64,000 nt of DNA from Pseudomonadota bacterium (GTDB taxonomy: Bacteria > Bdellovibrionota_G > JALEGL01 > DATDPG01). Positions 10,847-21,134 of the stretch are shown in pieces. Numbering within the stretch: position 1 is the stretch's first letter; each line of letters opens with the position of its first letter. The DNA lies in assembly GCA_043809315.1 (NCBI GenBank), contig JAZDDX010000016.1, positions 96,001-160,000 of the forward strand. Reading direction: 5' to 3'. The position numbers and the translations under genes were made by a program. The notes beneath the pieces were generated by a model that saw only the letters and a list, made by a program, of their open reading frames with translations, made no database searches and was not told where the DNA came from.

Positions 10847-11287
10847 TTACGCGCTCACGTTCATCGGTTTGGGCTGCTGCGCCTCATGCGGGTGGGACGG
10901 GCCCCGGTAGACCTTCAGTTTCCCGATCACATCCCGGCCGAGTGGCCCTTTGGGGAGCATTCCCCAGACCGCCAGGCGAAACATCTCTTCCACATCGGTG
11001 TCGATCATCTGTTTTGCCGTCTTGGTCACGACGCCGCCGCGGTATCCGGTGTGATGACGGTACAGTTTCTTGTTCAGCTTGTCTCCCGTCAGGGCGACTT
11101 TCTCCGCGTTGACGACAATCACGAAATCACCGCCATCGACATGGGGGGTGAACGTCGGTTTGTCTTTCCCGCGCAGCACGATCGCGATCTGGGAGCACAG
11201 CCGGCCCAGAACCTGGCCGGTAGCGTCCACAACGCGCCAATTTCGTTGCGCTTCTTCCTTCTTTTGCATGTACGTCTTCGTCGGCAT
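10847..11287 (-). CDS. rplM: 50S ribosomal protein L13
   Basis: [45 protein letters not shown]. Confidence 0.98.
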   Translation of the reverse strand: MPTKTYMQKKEEAQRNWRVVDATGQVLGRLCSQIAIVLRGKDKPTFTPHVDGGDFVIVVNAEKVALTGDKLNKKLYRHHTGYRGGVVTKTAKQMIDTDVEEMFRLAVWGMLPKGPLGRDVIGKLKVYRGPSHPHEAQQPKPMNVSA

Positions 11288-11324
11288 TTGATCCTCGAAA
11301 AAACGGGCTCTTCTAATAGGTTAG

Positions 11325-12563
11325 CTACCCTATGTCAAGCACCGTCTTGCCGCACTTGATCACGCTCTTGGGGAGGCTCGCACCATAGTGATACGGGATC
11401 TCTTCAGGGGTCTCTGCATCCCAGATCGCAAGATCGGCCAACATCCCGGGACGGATCGCCCCGCGGTCGGTCAAGCCGAGCGCCTGGGCAGCATTTACAG
11501 TCACCCCCCTCCAAATCTCGTCGATCGTCATCTTCATTTCGGAAGCCGCAAACGACATCATGAGCGGAAGATTCTCGGAATACGACGTCCCCGGATTGCA
11601 ATCGGTCGAAAGGGCCACCTTCACTCCGGCATCGAGCAGCTTCCGTGCCGGCGGGTAGTTGTTCTTTCCGAGTGAAAAGACCGCGCCGGGAAGCAATACA
11701 GCCACCGTCCCGCTCTTCGCGAGTGCCCGGATCCCTTTCGTGCTCACGTTCTCGAGATGATCGGCCGAAAGAGCCTCGAACTCTGCCGCCAGCTCCGCCC
11801 CGCCCCCCGCGGAAAGTTGGTCGGCATGGAGTTTCACCTGGAGCCCGAGCTTCTTCGCAGCCTTGAAGATCGTCCGGGTCTCCTCGACCGTGAACGCCCC
11901 TTTGTCACAGAAGACATCGCAGATCCCCGAGAGCTTCTGCATCGAAACCTGCGGCAACATCTCTTCACAAACCAGCTTCACGTAAGCATCCCGCCGCTTC
12001 CGGTACTCCCGCGGAACGGCATGTGCCCCCAGGAACGTCGGGATGACGTCGATCGTGTGCCGGATCTCCTGGATCAGGCAAAGCATCCGCATCTCCCCCA
12101 ACGCCGAAAGACCGTACCCGCTCTTCACCTCGATCGTCGTCACGCCGAACTTCAGGAATCGATCCAGACGGCGGCGCGTCTCGTCCAGCACCTGACCGTC
12201 AGCCGCCTCGTCGGTCGCCTCCGTCGTCCGCTGGATCCCGCCCCCCCGCTTCGCGATTTCCTCGTATGACTCGCCGGATAGGCGCGCGAAGAACTCGTCG
12301 GCGCGCTGGCCCGCGAACAGGGCGTGTGTGTGACAGTCGATCAATCCCGGGGTGAGAAGCTTCCCCCCCGCATCGACCTCTGTCCCCTCGGAATGCTGCG
12401 ACCGGTGTTTCTTTCGGTGCCCGACCCAGAGGATCTCCCGCCCGGCGATCGCCACGACGGCGTCGGAGACGATCCCCATCGCCCCCCCCCCTTTCTTGGG
12501 GTCGAACGTGAGGCAGTTCCCGATGTTCGTGATGAGAAGAGTCGGCTGTTTCGGATCGGTCAT
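11325..12563 (-). CDS. hutI: Imidazolonepropionase
   Basis: [45 protein letters not shown]. Confidence 0.95.
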   Translation of the reverse strand: MTDPKQPTLLITNIGNCLTFDPKKGGGAMGIVSDAVVAIAGREILWVGHRKKHRSQHSEGTEVDAGGKLLTPGLIDCHTHALFAGQRADEFFARLSGESYEEIAKRGGGIQRTTEATDEAADGQVLDETRRRLDRFLKFGVTTIEVKSGYGLSALGEMRMLCLIQEIRHTIDVIPTFLGAHAVPREYRKRRDAYVKLVCEEMLPQVSMQKLSGICDVFCDKGAFTVEETRTIFKAAKKLGLQVKLHADQLSAGGGAELAAEFEALSADHLENVSTKGIRALAKSGTVAVLLPGAVFSLGKNNYPPARKLLDAGVKVALSTDCNPGTSYSENLPLMMSFAASEMKMTIDEIWRGVTVNAAQALGLTDRGAIRPGMLADLAIWDAETPEEIPYHYGASLPKSVIKCGKTVLDIG

Positions 12564-14203
12564 CGCGCGAGATCCACATTCTTCGTTTTCGCCGTCGACA
12601 ACGCCTCTTCGTACCCGGCGTCGGCGTGACGGATGACCCCGAGAGCGGGGTCGGTCGTCAGAACCCGCTCAAGACGTTTCGCCATCGACGGAGTTCCGTC
12701 CGCCACCGCGACCATACCCGCATGGATCGAGTATCCGATCCCGACCCCGCCCCCGTGATGGACCGAAACCCACGAAGCACCGCTCGCAACGTTCGCCATT
12801 GCATTCAGGATCGGCCAGTCGGCGATCGCATCACTCCCGTCCTTCATCCCTTCCGTCTCCCGGTTGGGCGAAGCGACCGAACCGCAGTCGAGGTGATCTC
12901 GGCCAATCACGATCGGTGCCGCAACCTCTTTCTTCGCCACCAGTTCGTTGAAGCAAGCTCCCGCCTTGGCCCGATCGCCGTACCCGAGCCAGCAGATCCG
13001 GGCCGGAAGCCCCTGGAACTTCACCCGTTCCGTCGCAAGGCGGATCCAGCGGGCCAACCCCTCGTCCTCCGGGAAGAGATCCAGAATCGCACGGTCGGTT
13101 CGCGCGAGATCGGCCGGATCCCCCGAGAGAACCGCCCAGCGAAACGGCCCCTTCCCCTCGCAGAAGAGCGGGCGGATATAGGCCGGGACAAAGCCGGGGA
13201 AGTCGAACGCGTTTTCGACGCCGGCGATCTGCGCCTGCGCACGGATGTTGTTCCCGTAATCGAAAACGTGCGAACCCTTTTTCTTCATCTCCAGCATCGC
13301 CCGGACCTGGACCGCCATCGATTCCTGGGCACGACGCACATATTCTTTCGGACTCTTCCGACGAAGTTCCGCCGCTTCCGCAAGCGTCAGTTTCTGCGGG
13401 ATATATCCGTCGAGAGGGTCGTGGGCCGACGTTTGATCGGTCACGAGGTCGGGGGTGATCCCGCGTCGAACCAGCTCCGCGTACAGATCGGCGGCATTCG
13501 CTTCCACCGCGATCGAAAGAGGGCGTTTCTCCTTCCGGGCTTTCTCCGCACGAGCAAGAGCATCCTCGAGGGAGTCGGCTCGCTCGTCGAGGTAGCCCGT
13601 CTTGAGCCTTCGTTCGATCCGAATCGGATCGATCTCGACGCCGAGAAAGACGCCGCCGTTCATCGTGACGGCGAGAGGCTGGGCTCCCCCCATCCCTCCC
13701 AGTCCTCCGGAGAGGATAAGTTTCCCCGAAAGATCGGAACGAAAATGTTTTTTGGCCGCAGCGGCAAACGTCTCGTACGTCCCCTGGAGGATCCCTTGTG
13801 TCCCGATGTAGATCCAGCTCCCCGCCGTCATCTGGCCGTACATCGTGAGTCCCATCGCCTCGAGCTTCCAGAACTCCTCCCAGGTCGCCCATTTCGGAAC
13901 GAGCATCGAGTTCGAGATCAGAACGCGAGGAGACTCCGGCGTCGTCCGGACGATCCCGACGGCGCGCCCCGATTGGACCAGAAGGGTCTCGTCGTTTTCG
14001 AGCCTTCGGAGAGCGGCGACGATCCGATCGAAATCAGGCCAGCTCCGAGCAGCCTTCCCGGTCCCGCCGTAGACGATCAACTCCTCCGGCTTCTCCGCCA
14101 CCTCGGGATCGAGGTTGTTTTGGAGCATCCGAAGCGCCGCCTCTTGGTGCCACCCCTTGCAGCTCAGTGACGTACCTCGGGGTGCTCGAACTGTACGTGC
14201 CAT
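12560..14203 (-). CDS. hutU: Urocanate hydratase
   Basis: [50 protein letters not shown]. Confidence 0.98.
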   Translation of the reverse strand: MARTVRAPRGTSLSCKGWHQEAALRMLQNNLDPEVAEKPEELIVYGGTGKAARSWPDFDRIVAALRRLENDETLLVQSGRAVGIVRTTPESPRVLISNSMLVPKWATWEEFWKLEAMGLTMYGQMTAGSWIYIGTQGILQGTYETFAAAAKKHFRSDLSGKLILSGGLGGMGGAQPLAVTMNGGVFLGVEIDPIRIERRLKTGYLDERADSLEDALARAEKARKEKRPLSIAVEANAADLYAELVRRGITPDLVTDQTSAHDPLDGYIPQKLTLAEAAELRRKSPKEYVRRAQESMAVQVRAMLEMKKKGSHVFDYGNNIRAQAQIAGVENAFDFPGFVPAYIRPLFCEGKGPFRWAVLSGDPADLARTDRAILDLFPEDEGLARWIRLATERVKFQGLPARICWLGYGDRAKAGACFNELVAKKEVAAPIVIGRDHLDCGSVASPNRETEGMKDGSDAIADWPILNAMANVASGASWVSVHHGGGVGIGYSIHAGMVAVADGTPSMAKRLERVLTTDPALGVIRHADAGYEEALSTAKTKNVDLAR

Positions 14204-14216
14204 CTCCGTTTCCTTT

Positions 14217-14651
14217 CTACGAACCGTTGCACGAGAGCGAACCGATAAAGTCGGTCACCGCTCCGCCCCTTCCGGTTCCGATCGCGACGACGGTCCCCGC
14301 CGCCGGGAGCTTCACCCCTTTCGATCCGAGGTCGAAGCTTAAGGACCCTGAAACCGTCCCGTTCGCCGGGATCGTGAGAGATCCGAACTGCGCCTCCAGT
14401 TGGATCGAATCGAGCGCGAAATCGGTTTTCGCCCCATCCGCTCCGGTGAAGAAGACCTCCAGCGACACGAGAGACATGGAGTGCCCCGAGATCTCCGCGA
14501 TCGTCGCCGTACTGGTGCAGATACCCGACGCGACCGTCGCGGGGTTCGGGGAGAACGTGACCGACGAGATCCCCGAAGCCGAAGTTCCTTTTCCACAGGA
14601 GGCTGCGCCGGAAGCGGCAAGAAGAATCCAAATGGCGCCACGGCCTCGCAT
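14217..14651 (-). CDS. Hypothetical lipoprotein, beta-rich
   Basis: Basic N-terminus, hydrophobic core and lipobox-like AASC; fills the gap between hutU and HU. Confidence 0.6.
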   Translation of the reverse strand: MRGRGAIWILLAASGAASCGKGTSASGISSVTFSPNPATVASGICTSTATIAEISGHSMSLVSLEVFFTGADGAKTDFALDSIQLEAQFGSLTIPANGTVSGSLSFDLGSKGVKLPAAGTVVAIGTGRGGAVTDFIGSLSCNGS

Positions 14652-14739
14652 GCAAACGGCCTTATACCATTACGCTTGACACCTCCAAAGCGTGCCTCCT
14701 AACATGCGCCCCGGCTTCAGCACTGGGGCGAATCAGGAA

Positions 14740-15021
14740 ATGACGAAAGCGGAGTTCATTGAGCGGGTATTCAGGGACAATCGTCCGCGGAGGATTCCAC
14801 GTGTGGCGATCGCCGAGATGGTGGAAGCCGCGTTCGAACTGATCGCCAAGGGGGTCAAGCGGGACGGGAAGTTCACTTATCCGGGATTCGGGGCCTTCCT
14901 GCTTAGGAAGCGGAACGCCCGGGCCGGGCGGAACCCGAAGACCGGTGAACCTCTCACGATTCCGGCCAACCAGACCGCTTCGTTCCGTGCGGCTCCGAAA
15001 TTGAGACAGTCCCTTCGTTGA
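14740..15021 (+). CDS. HU/IHF-family DNA-binding protein
   Basis: MTKAEF...FTYPGFGAF...RAGRNPKTGE...FRAAPKL; sigma70-like TTGACA...TAACAT at 14676-14705. Confidence 0.92.
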   Translation: MTKAEFIERVFRDNRPRRIPRVAIAEMVEAAFELIAKGVKRDGKFTYPGFGAFLLRKRNARAGRNPKTGEPLTIPANQTASFRAAPKLRQSLR

Positions 15022-15058
15022 GCCGCTTCTCCCGGTGTGCTAGCCTCACCGGGACCCG

Positions 15059-16723
15059 ATGATCGAGCTTTCCCTCTTCAAAATGGACGAGGAAGTCATG
15101 AAGTACTTCCTCAACAAAGAGACCACCACGATCGGGCGCGCCAGCACCAACGACATCTGCCTGCCCGACCCCGCGATCTCCCGGACCCACTTCGTGATCC
15201 TGCGCGCGGAAGAACGGTACGTCGCCACCGACCAGTCGACGAACGGGACGTTCGTGAACGAACAACGGATCTCCAGCCACGAACTCAAGATCAACGACGT
15301 GATCCGCGTTGGGACCTGGACGATCCGGTTCGGATCGGCCAAGTCCGAGGAGGCGGAAGCTACCGACGTGGGGTTCCGCGATCCGACCCGCGTCCTCTCC
15401 TACCGCCCGGACCGGAGCGAGTTGGTCTGCGAGCGGGGGATGATCGAACTCCAGACCACCCCCAAGAAGACGATCGCGATCACGAGATCGATGACGACGA
15501 TCGGAAAAGCGAAATCGAACCACATCGTCCTCGGCGATGACTTCGCTTCGAACTACCATTGCCGGATCGACAACCGGAAGGGGACCTATTTCCTGAAAGA
15601 TCTCCAGAGCACGAACGGAACCAAATTGAACGGACAGAAGATCATCGAAGCCGCGCTGGCGTTCAATTCGGTGATCGAGATCGGGCGAACGCGCCTCCGC
15701 TTCTTCTCCGCCGAAGAGGTCCAAACACTGGAACCGGCCCGGGAGGCTGATTTCGAAGGGATGCATTCCGATCATCCGAGAATGCGCGAGATCTTCGCCC
15801 TGATCCGGCGGATCGCCCCGTCGGACGCCACGGCTTTGATCCAGGGGGAGTCCGGAACCGGGAAAGAACTTGTAGCGCGGGCGATCCACAACGCAAGCGG
15901 CCGAGACAAGAGAAAGTTCGTCGCCATCAACTGCAGCGCCATCTCGAAAGATCTGATCGAGAGCGAGCTGTTCGGGCACGAGAAGGGGGCGTTCACCTCG
16001 GCCCACCAGCAACGCCACGGGGTCTTCGAACAGGCGAACGGCGGTACCCTCCTACTGGACGAGATCGGCGAGATGCCGCTCGATCTCCAGCCGAAACTGC
16101 TGCGCACACTCGAAACCGGAGAGATCAAGCGGGTCGGCGGCACGACGCTGATCCATGTCGATGTCCGGATCGTGGCCGCAACCAACAAAGACCTCTCCGC
16201 GGAGGTCCGGAAGGGGCGGTTCCGGGAGGATCTCTTCTTCCGCCTGTTCGTGGTACCGATCCAGGTGCCGCCGCTTCGCGAGCGGCCACGGGACATCCCT
16301 CTCCTGGTCGAGTCATTCCTCGAACAGGAGTTGGCGAAGCAAAAAGGGAAGCAGGTCCGGAAGATCGACCCGCAGGCGATGGATCTCCTGATGGATTACA
16401 CCTGGCCGGGGAACGTGCGCGAACTCAAGAACGTGATCAGCCGCGCGGTCCTCGACTGCCGCACCGAAACGATCGGTGCGGGGGACCTGCAGTTCGCCCC
16501 GGCGGGAACGCGGGAACGGACCGCGTACGAATACGACGGCACGCAGAACGAGCCTCAGACCTTCACGAAGACGCTCCGGGACGTCGAGAAGGATCGGATT
16601 CTCCAGGAACTCGAACGACAGAACTGGAACAAAAAAGCGACCGCCCGGACCTTAGGGATCGCGAAGTCGACCCTACACGAGAAGCTCAAGCGCTACGGGA
16701 TCACGGACAAAGAAGAAGACTAG
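15059..16723 (+). CDS. Sigma54-dependent activator with two FHA domains (FHA-FHA-AAA+-HTH)
   Basis: Two FHA patterns (IGR...ISRTH...DQSTNGT and IGK...ASNYH...DLQSTNGT), GESGTGKE, ELFGHEKGAFTSA, WPGNVRELKN, Fis-type HTH. Confidence 0.93.
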   Translation: MIELSLFKMDEEVMKYFLNKETTTIGRASTNDICLPDPAISRTHFVILRAEERYVATDQSTNGTFVNEQRISSHELKINDVIRVGTWTIRFGSAKSEEAEATDVGFRDPTRVLSYRPDRSELVCERGMIELQTTPKKTIAITRSMTTIGKAKSNHIVLGDDFASNYHCRIDNRKGTYFLKDLQSTNGTKLNGQKIIEAALAFNSVIEIGRTRLRFFSAEEVQTLEPAREADFEGMHSDHPRMREIFALIRRIAPSDATALIQGESGTGKELVARAIHNASGRDKRKFVAINCSAISKDLIESELFGHEKGAFTSAHQQRHGVFEQANGGTLLLDEIGEMPLDLQPKLLRTLETGEIKRVGGTTLIHVDVRIVAATNKDLSAEVRKGRFREDLFFRLFVVPIQVPPLRERPRDIPLLVESFLEQELAKQKGKQVRKIDPQAMDLLMDYTWPGNVRELKNVISRAVLDCRTETIGAGDLQFAPAGTRERTAYEYDGTQNEPQTFTKTLRDVEKDRILQELERQNWNKKATARTLGIAKSTLHEKLKRYGITDKEED

Positions 16724-16728
16724 CTTCG

Positions 16729-17013
16729 CTATTTGTTCAACGATTGTTTGAGCGCCGCCGAGGGACGGAACAGGACACTCTTCGACGCCGCGAAGACGGT
16801 CTCCTGACCGGTCTGCGGGTTCCGCCCTTTCCGCTCTTTTCTCTTGCGGACGAGGAACGTGCCGAATCCGGGATAGGAGAAACGTCGGCCACGGCGGATC
16901 GCCAGCGCGAGGTTGTCGAACATGCTTTCCACCAGGTCGGAGGCGGCGGCCTTCGAAAGATTCCTGCGTTTGCAGCTCACCACCAGTTTCTCGACCAAAT
17001 CCTGTTTCGTCAT
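16729..17013 (-). CDS. HU/IHF-family DNA-binding protein
   Basis: MTKQDL...FSYPGFGTF...RKGRNPQTGQ...FRPSAALK. Confidence 0.92.
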   Translation of the reverse strand: MTKQDLVEKLVVSCKRRNLSKAAASDLVESMFDNLALAIRRGRRFSYPGFGTFLVRKRKERKGRNPQTGQETVFAASKSVLFRPSAALKQSLNK

Positions 17014-17094
17014 GACCCTCGCGCCGTATATCGGAGGGTCGCCGGGGGTGTCAAGGCGTTGGACCGGGACTCGGCCTGGTGTATGATACCGGCG

Positions 17095-17613
17095 ATGCGA
17101 ATCGACCGCCGCTCCATCGCCCTGGTTCTTTCCCTTTCCCTCCTCCCCGCCTGCGCCTCCAAGAACTTCCGCGAACCGGAAGCGAGCGGAGATACGGAAA
17201 CCTCCGTCGCCCGTACGTTCCAGCGCAGCTACACCGACGTCTGGAACGCCGCCATCGGCGCCTTGGGGGAGAAGAAATACGCGATCGCCACCTCGAAGCG
17301 TGAAGGGGGCGTTCTCATCACCGACTGGATTTCCGGGAAATCAGACCGACTCTTCTCCGGGTATGGCGACACGCGGATTCCCTATTCGGTCCGCTTCCGG
17401 ATGACGCTCAAACTGACCCCGACCCGGGACGGCGTCCGCGTCGCGGTCCGGAACGAGGAGCAGTACCTTTCGGACGTGATTACGGCGGGAACCGACTTCA
17501 CCGGATCGCTCTACCAGTGGATCGGCACACAGAGTTCGGGCGCGAAGGAGAGTTCGCTCCTCGCGAGCCTGGCGGAATCGATTTCAGCGTCCAGCCCGAG
17601 GGAAAAGAAATAA
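17095..17613 (+). CDS. Lipoprotein, possibly with a BamC-like domain
   Basis: Lipobox LPAC; YTDVWNAAIGAL...GGVLITDW pattern resembles BamC-like domains. Confidence 0.65.
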   Translation: MRIDRRSIALVLSLSLLPACASKNFREPEASGDTETSVARTFQRSYTDVWNAAIGALGEKKYAIATSKREGGVLITDWISGKSDRLFSGYGDTRIPYSVRFRMTLKLTPTRDGVRVAVRNEEQYLSDVITAGTDFTGSLYQWIGTQSSGAKESSLLASLAESISASSPREKK

Positions 17614-19097
17614 CGGCCCCGGCGACGGAAAACCCGCGGTTCGGGAAGTACTCGCTCCTCGCGAAGCTCGGCTCCGGCGGGATGGCTGAAGTCTTCAAGG
17701 CCTCCCTCATCAACAAGCCCGACTACATCATCGCGATCAAACGGATTCTCCCCCAGTTCTCCCGGCACCGGGAGCTGGTGAACATGCTGGTGGCGGAAGC
17801 GGGGCTCACGACCGGCCTCGCTCACCCCAACATCGTCCCGATTCTCGATTTCGGAGCGGTCGGCGACATCTACTTCATCGCCATGGAGTACATCCACGGC
17901 AAGGACTTGAAGTCGATCATCATCCGCCTCAAAACGAGAAAGGCGGAGTTCCCGATCCCGCTCGCGATCCACGTGATGACCCAAGTCCTGCGGGGCCTCG
18001 ATTACGCCCATCACAAGTGCGACAAGTACGGAAAGGCGCTGCAACTCGTTCACCGCGACATCTCGCCGCAAAACGTGATGATCTCGTTCACCGGAACGAT
18101 CAAGATCCTCGACTTCGGGATCGCGAAGGCGGGCACCCGCTCCCGTGACACCGAGAGCGGGATCCTGAAGGGGAAGTTCTCCTACATGTCCCCCGAGCAG
18201 GCGTACGGGGAGAACGTCGACCCGCGCACCGACGTCTTCGCGGCCGGGATCGTCCTCTGGGAGCTCCTGACCCTCAAGTACTGCTTCGACGGGGAAACCG
18301 ATCTCGATTTACTCCGGAACGTGCGGGCCGCGCGCGTACGCAATCCATCCTCGGTCAACAAGAAGGTGCCGCCCGAGCTTTCGGAGATCGTCTTGAAGGC
18401 GCTCGAGCGGAAGCCGAGAAAACGGTATTCCAGCGCCGGCGAATTCGCCGACGCTCTCGAGACCTATCAGAAGGATCGCTTCGGAGTTCTGACCGAGGCC
18501 GACACCGCGGCCTTTCTTCGGAGCCTGTACGACGTATCCCTTCATGAGGTCGAGACCCCCGCAGTCGCTTACCGCGTTCCCGATCCTCCTTCGGGAGAGC
18601 AGGCGATCTCGGCCTCCTTCCGGGCCCCATGGGTCCGTAGGGCCCCGGAGTGGCTCGCACAGATCCCGAAATCGGTTTTCGTCATTCTGGCCGTCATCTT
18701 GTTGTTCCGGATCGTTTCGCCGGGGAAGATCTTTCTCCGGTACGACCGGACCGTGGTGAACATGGCCGCCCGCTTCCACGCCTGGCGCCGATCGAACACC
18801 GCCGCCCCTCCCGAAGCCCCCCCCTCGTCGGGGGCTTCCGGTAGCCAGCCTTTCTACACGGTCCAGATCGCCCCCGGCGCCCAGCGGATCCTGGACGACC
18901 TCCCGTTCGAAACGTTCGAACGGCTGCGGGATTTCATCACCGACCTCTCGGCCGACCCGAGGCCGCGCGGAGTACGGGCGATTCCGGAACGCCCCTCCTC
19001 GTTCGGCGTACCGATTTCAGGATTCCGGATTGTTTATCAGATGAACGATCTTCCGCGGACCATCACGGTCGAGCAGGTTCAAAAAACGGCCCCGTGA
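17610..19097 (+). CDS. Hanks-type Ser/Thr kinase with hydrophobic segment and C-terminal RelE-like domain
   Basis: LGSGGMAEVFKA, AIKR, HRDISPQN, DFGIAK, YMSPEQ; start uncertain (in-frame ATA at 17610 overlapping the upstream TAA, or GTG at 17517). Confidence 0.9.
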   Translation: MTAPATENPRFGKYSLLAKLGSGGMAEVFKASLINKPDYIIAIKRILPQFSRHRELVNMLVAEAGLTTGLAHPNIVPILDFGAVGDIYFIAMEYIHGKDLKSIIIRLKTRKAEFPIPLAIHVMTQVLRGLDYAHHKCDKYGKALQLVHRDISPQNVMISFTGTIKILDFGIAKAGTRSRDTESGILKGKFSYMSPEQAYGENVDPRTDVFAAGIVLWELLTLKYCFDGETDLDLLRNVRAARVRNPSSVNKKVPPELSEIVLKALERKPRKRYSSAGEFADALETYQKDRFGVLTEADTAAFLRSLYDVSLHEVETPAVAYRVPDPPSGEQAISASFRAPWVRRAPEWLAQIPKSVFVILAVILLFRIVSPGKIFLRYDRTVVNMAARFHAWRRSNTAAPPEAPPSSGASGSQPFYTVQIAPGAQRILDDLPFETFERLRDFITDLSADPRPRGVRAIPERPSSFGVPISGFRIVYQMNDLPRTITVEQVQKTAP

Positions 19098-19100
19098 AGA

Positions 19101-19952
19101 TCAGTGGAGGGGGTGCGCCTCTCCCCATTTCGACCAGTGCTCGACACATTTCTCGCTCTGCGCGTCCGGACCGGCGAGAGCCGCGTCCGGTGAGAGCTTG
19201 GTGAGCGCACCGCAAGCGCGGAGTCGTATTTCGAGTTCACTTTCACGAAGAACGGCCAACAACGCGGAAACCGCCTTCTTGTCGCCGATCGAGCCAAGCG
19301 CATCGACGATCCGGCCGCGGATCCAGAGGCTCCGCCCCCGGTAGAAGTTTCGAGGGGCACCGAGCTCTTTGACGAGATCCGGGATCGAATCCCCGTCTTT
19401 CAACGCTTCGAGGGAATCAACTGCCTTGCATCGGACGACCATCGCCCGGTCGGAAAGAGCCGGCCGGAGCAGTGCGGCCACCGAGGAGTCCCCCCGCGAC
19501 GTCAGCGCCTGAATCGCCGCCATTCGGATCAGGAATAGAGAGTCGGTCATCCCTTTCTCGAGTGCTTCCCGCGCCGTTTTGGTCCCGAGGCGGCCGAGCG
19601 CGATCCCGACGATCCATCTCGCCTGCCAGGAAGCGGAGGCGTCCTGGAACAGGGAGACGAGCGGGGGGACGGCGGGGGTCCCAAGATCGACGATCTCGGA
19701 CAGCTGTTCCGGGTAGTCACTTCCGGACGGAACGGTGGCGAGGATCGCGCGGATCTTTCCCGCGAGGTCGACTGCCGGAGCCGGTTTTTCCGTGCGCTCC
19801 GGTTCCGCGGTACTCGGAACCGCCGTCGGCGTCCCGGCATCGATCATCGTCTCGGGATCGCCGAAGCGGAGCGGCGCCTCTTCGACCGCGAGCGCCGAAA
19901 AAGAAACGAGGAGGGCCACTTGAAAAACCGCTCTCTTCCCTCTAAGGTCCAT
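19101..19952 (-). CDS. Exported HEAT-repeat protein
   Basis: Repeated units ARWIVGIALGRLG, IRMAAIQAL, VRCKAVDSL, IRLRACGAL; hydrophobic N-terminus; start uncertain (19952 or GTG 19919). Confidence 0.75.
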   Translation of the reverse strand: MDLRGKRAVFQVALLVSFSALAVEEAPLRFGDPETMIDAGTPTAVPSTAEPERTEKPAPAVDLAGKIRAILATVPSGSDYPEQLSEIVDLGTPAVPPLVSLFQDASASWQARWIVGIALGRLGTKTAREALEKGMTDSLFLIRMAAIQALTSRGDSSVAALLRPALSDRAMVVRCKAVDSLEALKDGDSIPDLVKELGAPRNFYRGRSLWIRGRIVDALGSIGDKKAVSALLAVLRESELEIRLRACGALTKLSPDAALAGPDAQSEKCVEHWSKWGEAHPLH

Positions 19953-19956
19953 CGCC

Positions 19957-20901
19957 ATGATCAAGCTCCTTCTGGCACGGCCGCGCGGGTTCTGCGCCGG
20001 CGTCGTGCGCGCCATCGACACCGTCGAGCTGGCGCTCAAACATTTCGGGACGCCATTGTACGTCCGGAAGGAGATCGTGCACAACCAGGCTGTGGTGCAG
20101 GAGTTTCGCAAACGGGGGGTGCAGTTCATCGACGAGCTGAACGAGGCTCCCAAGGGGAGCCGCGTGATCTTCAGCGCCCACGGGGTATCTCCCGCGGTCC
20201 GGGAGGAGGCGGAGCTGCGCAACCTGAACGTCATCGACGCCACCTGCCCTCTCGTGACCAAAGTCCATGCGGAGGTTCATCGCTTCCGCAAGAACGGGTA
20301 CTCCATCATCCTGGTCGGACACGAGGAGCACGAAGAGGTCCAAGGAACGATGGGGGAAGCCCCCGAGGCGATTCGAGTGGTCGGTTCCGTCGAGGATGTC
20401 GAAAAGGTGACGGTTCCCAATCCGTCGAGAGTGGTCGCACTGACACAGACCACGCTCTCGGTCGACGAGACCCGCGACATCATCGACGCCCTCCGGAAGA
20501 AGTTCCCGAAGCTCGAATGTCCGGCCAAAGAGGATATCTGTTATGCGACCCAGAACCGGCAGGACGCAGTCAAGATCCTGGTCGGGAAAGGGATCGATCT
20601 TCTCCTCGTCGTCGGATCGAAAAACAGCTCGAACTCGAAGCGACTCTGCGAGGTGGCGCGCGCCTTGGGGGTCGAAGCGCACCTGATCGACCGTGCGTCC
20701 GAGATCGAAAAGAAGTGGCTCGCCGGAAAAACGAAACTGGGTTTGACGGCGGGGGCCTCGGCCCCGGAATACCTGGTTGCCGATGTCGTTCGATACCTGG
20801 AATCGGCCGGCGCGGTGACGGAAGAGCTGGATCTGGTCGAGGAGCACGTGAGCTTCGCGCTTCCGGTCGAGATGAGCGAGATGCTCAACATCCCGCGATA
20901 G
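19957..20901 (+). CDS. ispH: 4-hydroxy-3-methylbut-2-enyl diphosphate reductase
   Basis: PRGFCAGVVRA, EIVHN, FSAHG, DATCPLV, DICYATQNRQ, NSSNS, TAGASAP. Confidence 0.97.
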   Translation: MIKLLLARPRGFCAGVVRAIDTVELALKHFGTPLYVRKEIVHNQAVVQEFRKRGVQFIDELNEAPKGSRVIFSAHGVSPAVREEAELRNLNVIDATCPLVTKVHAEVHRFRKNGYSIILVGHEEHEEVQGTMGEAPEAIRVVGSVEDVEKVTVPNPSRVVALTQTTLSVDETRDIIDALRKKFPKLECPAKEDICYATQNRQDAVKILVGKGIDLLLVVGSKNSSNSKRLCEVARALGVEAHLIDRASEIEKKWLAGKTKLGLTAGASAPEYLVADVVRYLESAGAVTEELDLVEEHVSFALPVEMSEMLNIPR

Positions 20902-20916
20902 ATTTCGAAACAGCAC

Positions 20917-20951
20917 AAAAGAAAAGAGGCCTCTTCAAGAAGGCCCCTTTT
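20917..20951. terminator. Bidirectional intrinsic terminator
   Basis: AAAAGAAAAGAGGCC-TCTTCAAGAA-GGCCCCTTTT; the longer U-tract is on the minus strand. Confidence 0.8.
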
Positions 20952-21081
20952 CTCTCAGCTTCTGCCTAGCAATAATCTTTAGCTTCAGCCCAGGACTGCC
21001 CTTCCCCCCGGAGGCAGTTTCTGCTGGGGGCTCCTGAAAGTCTCTCTCCCGTCCAAGAGCCCCCTGCTTCCCCGTTATGCG
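20917..21081 (-). ncRNA. Candidate sigma54-dependent small RNA (~165 nt, three stem-loops)
   Basis: Lies between a -24/-12 promoter (21092-21108) and a terminator; 13-bp stem SL1 (21026-21064), SL2 (20995-21018); no ATG-initiated ORF. Confidence 0.6.
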
Positions 21082-21091
21082 CGATTTAAAC

Positions 21092-21108
21092 AGCAGGGTT
21101 CGTGCCAA
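21092..21108 (-). promoter_or_regulatory. Sigma54 -24/-12 promoter
   Basis: TTGGCACGAACCCTGCT, near consensus TGGCACG-N4-TTGC. Confidence 0.8.
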
Positions 21109-21134
21109 ATATTGCGAAAATCAGATCCGAATCA

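Noticed and set aside
19953-20261. Extended 386-aa version of the HEAT-repeat ORF
   Set aside because: The extension is the antisense shadow of ispH
20934-21056. 40-codon TTG-started minus-strand ORF inside the candidate sRNA
   Set aside because: Its start is buried in a 13-bp stem and its stop lies in the terminator hairpin; not fully excluded, but a non-coding RNA fits better
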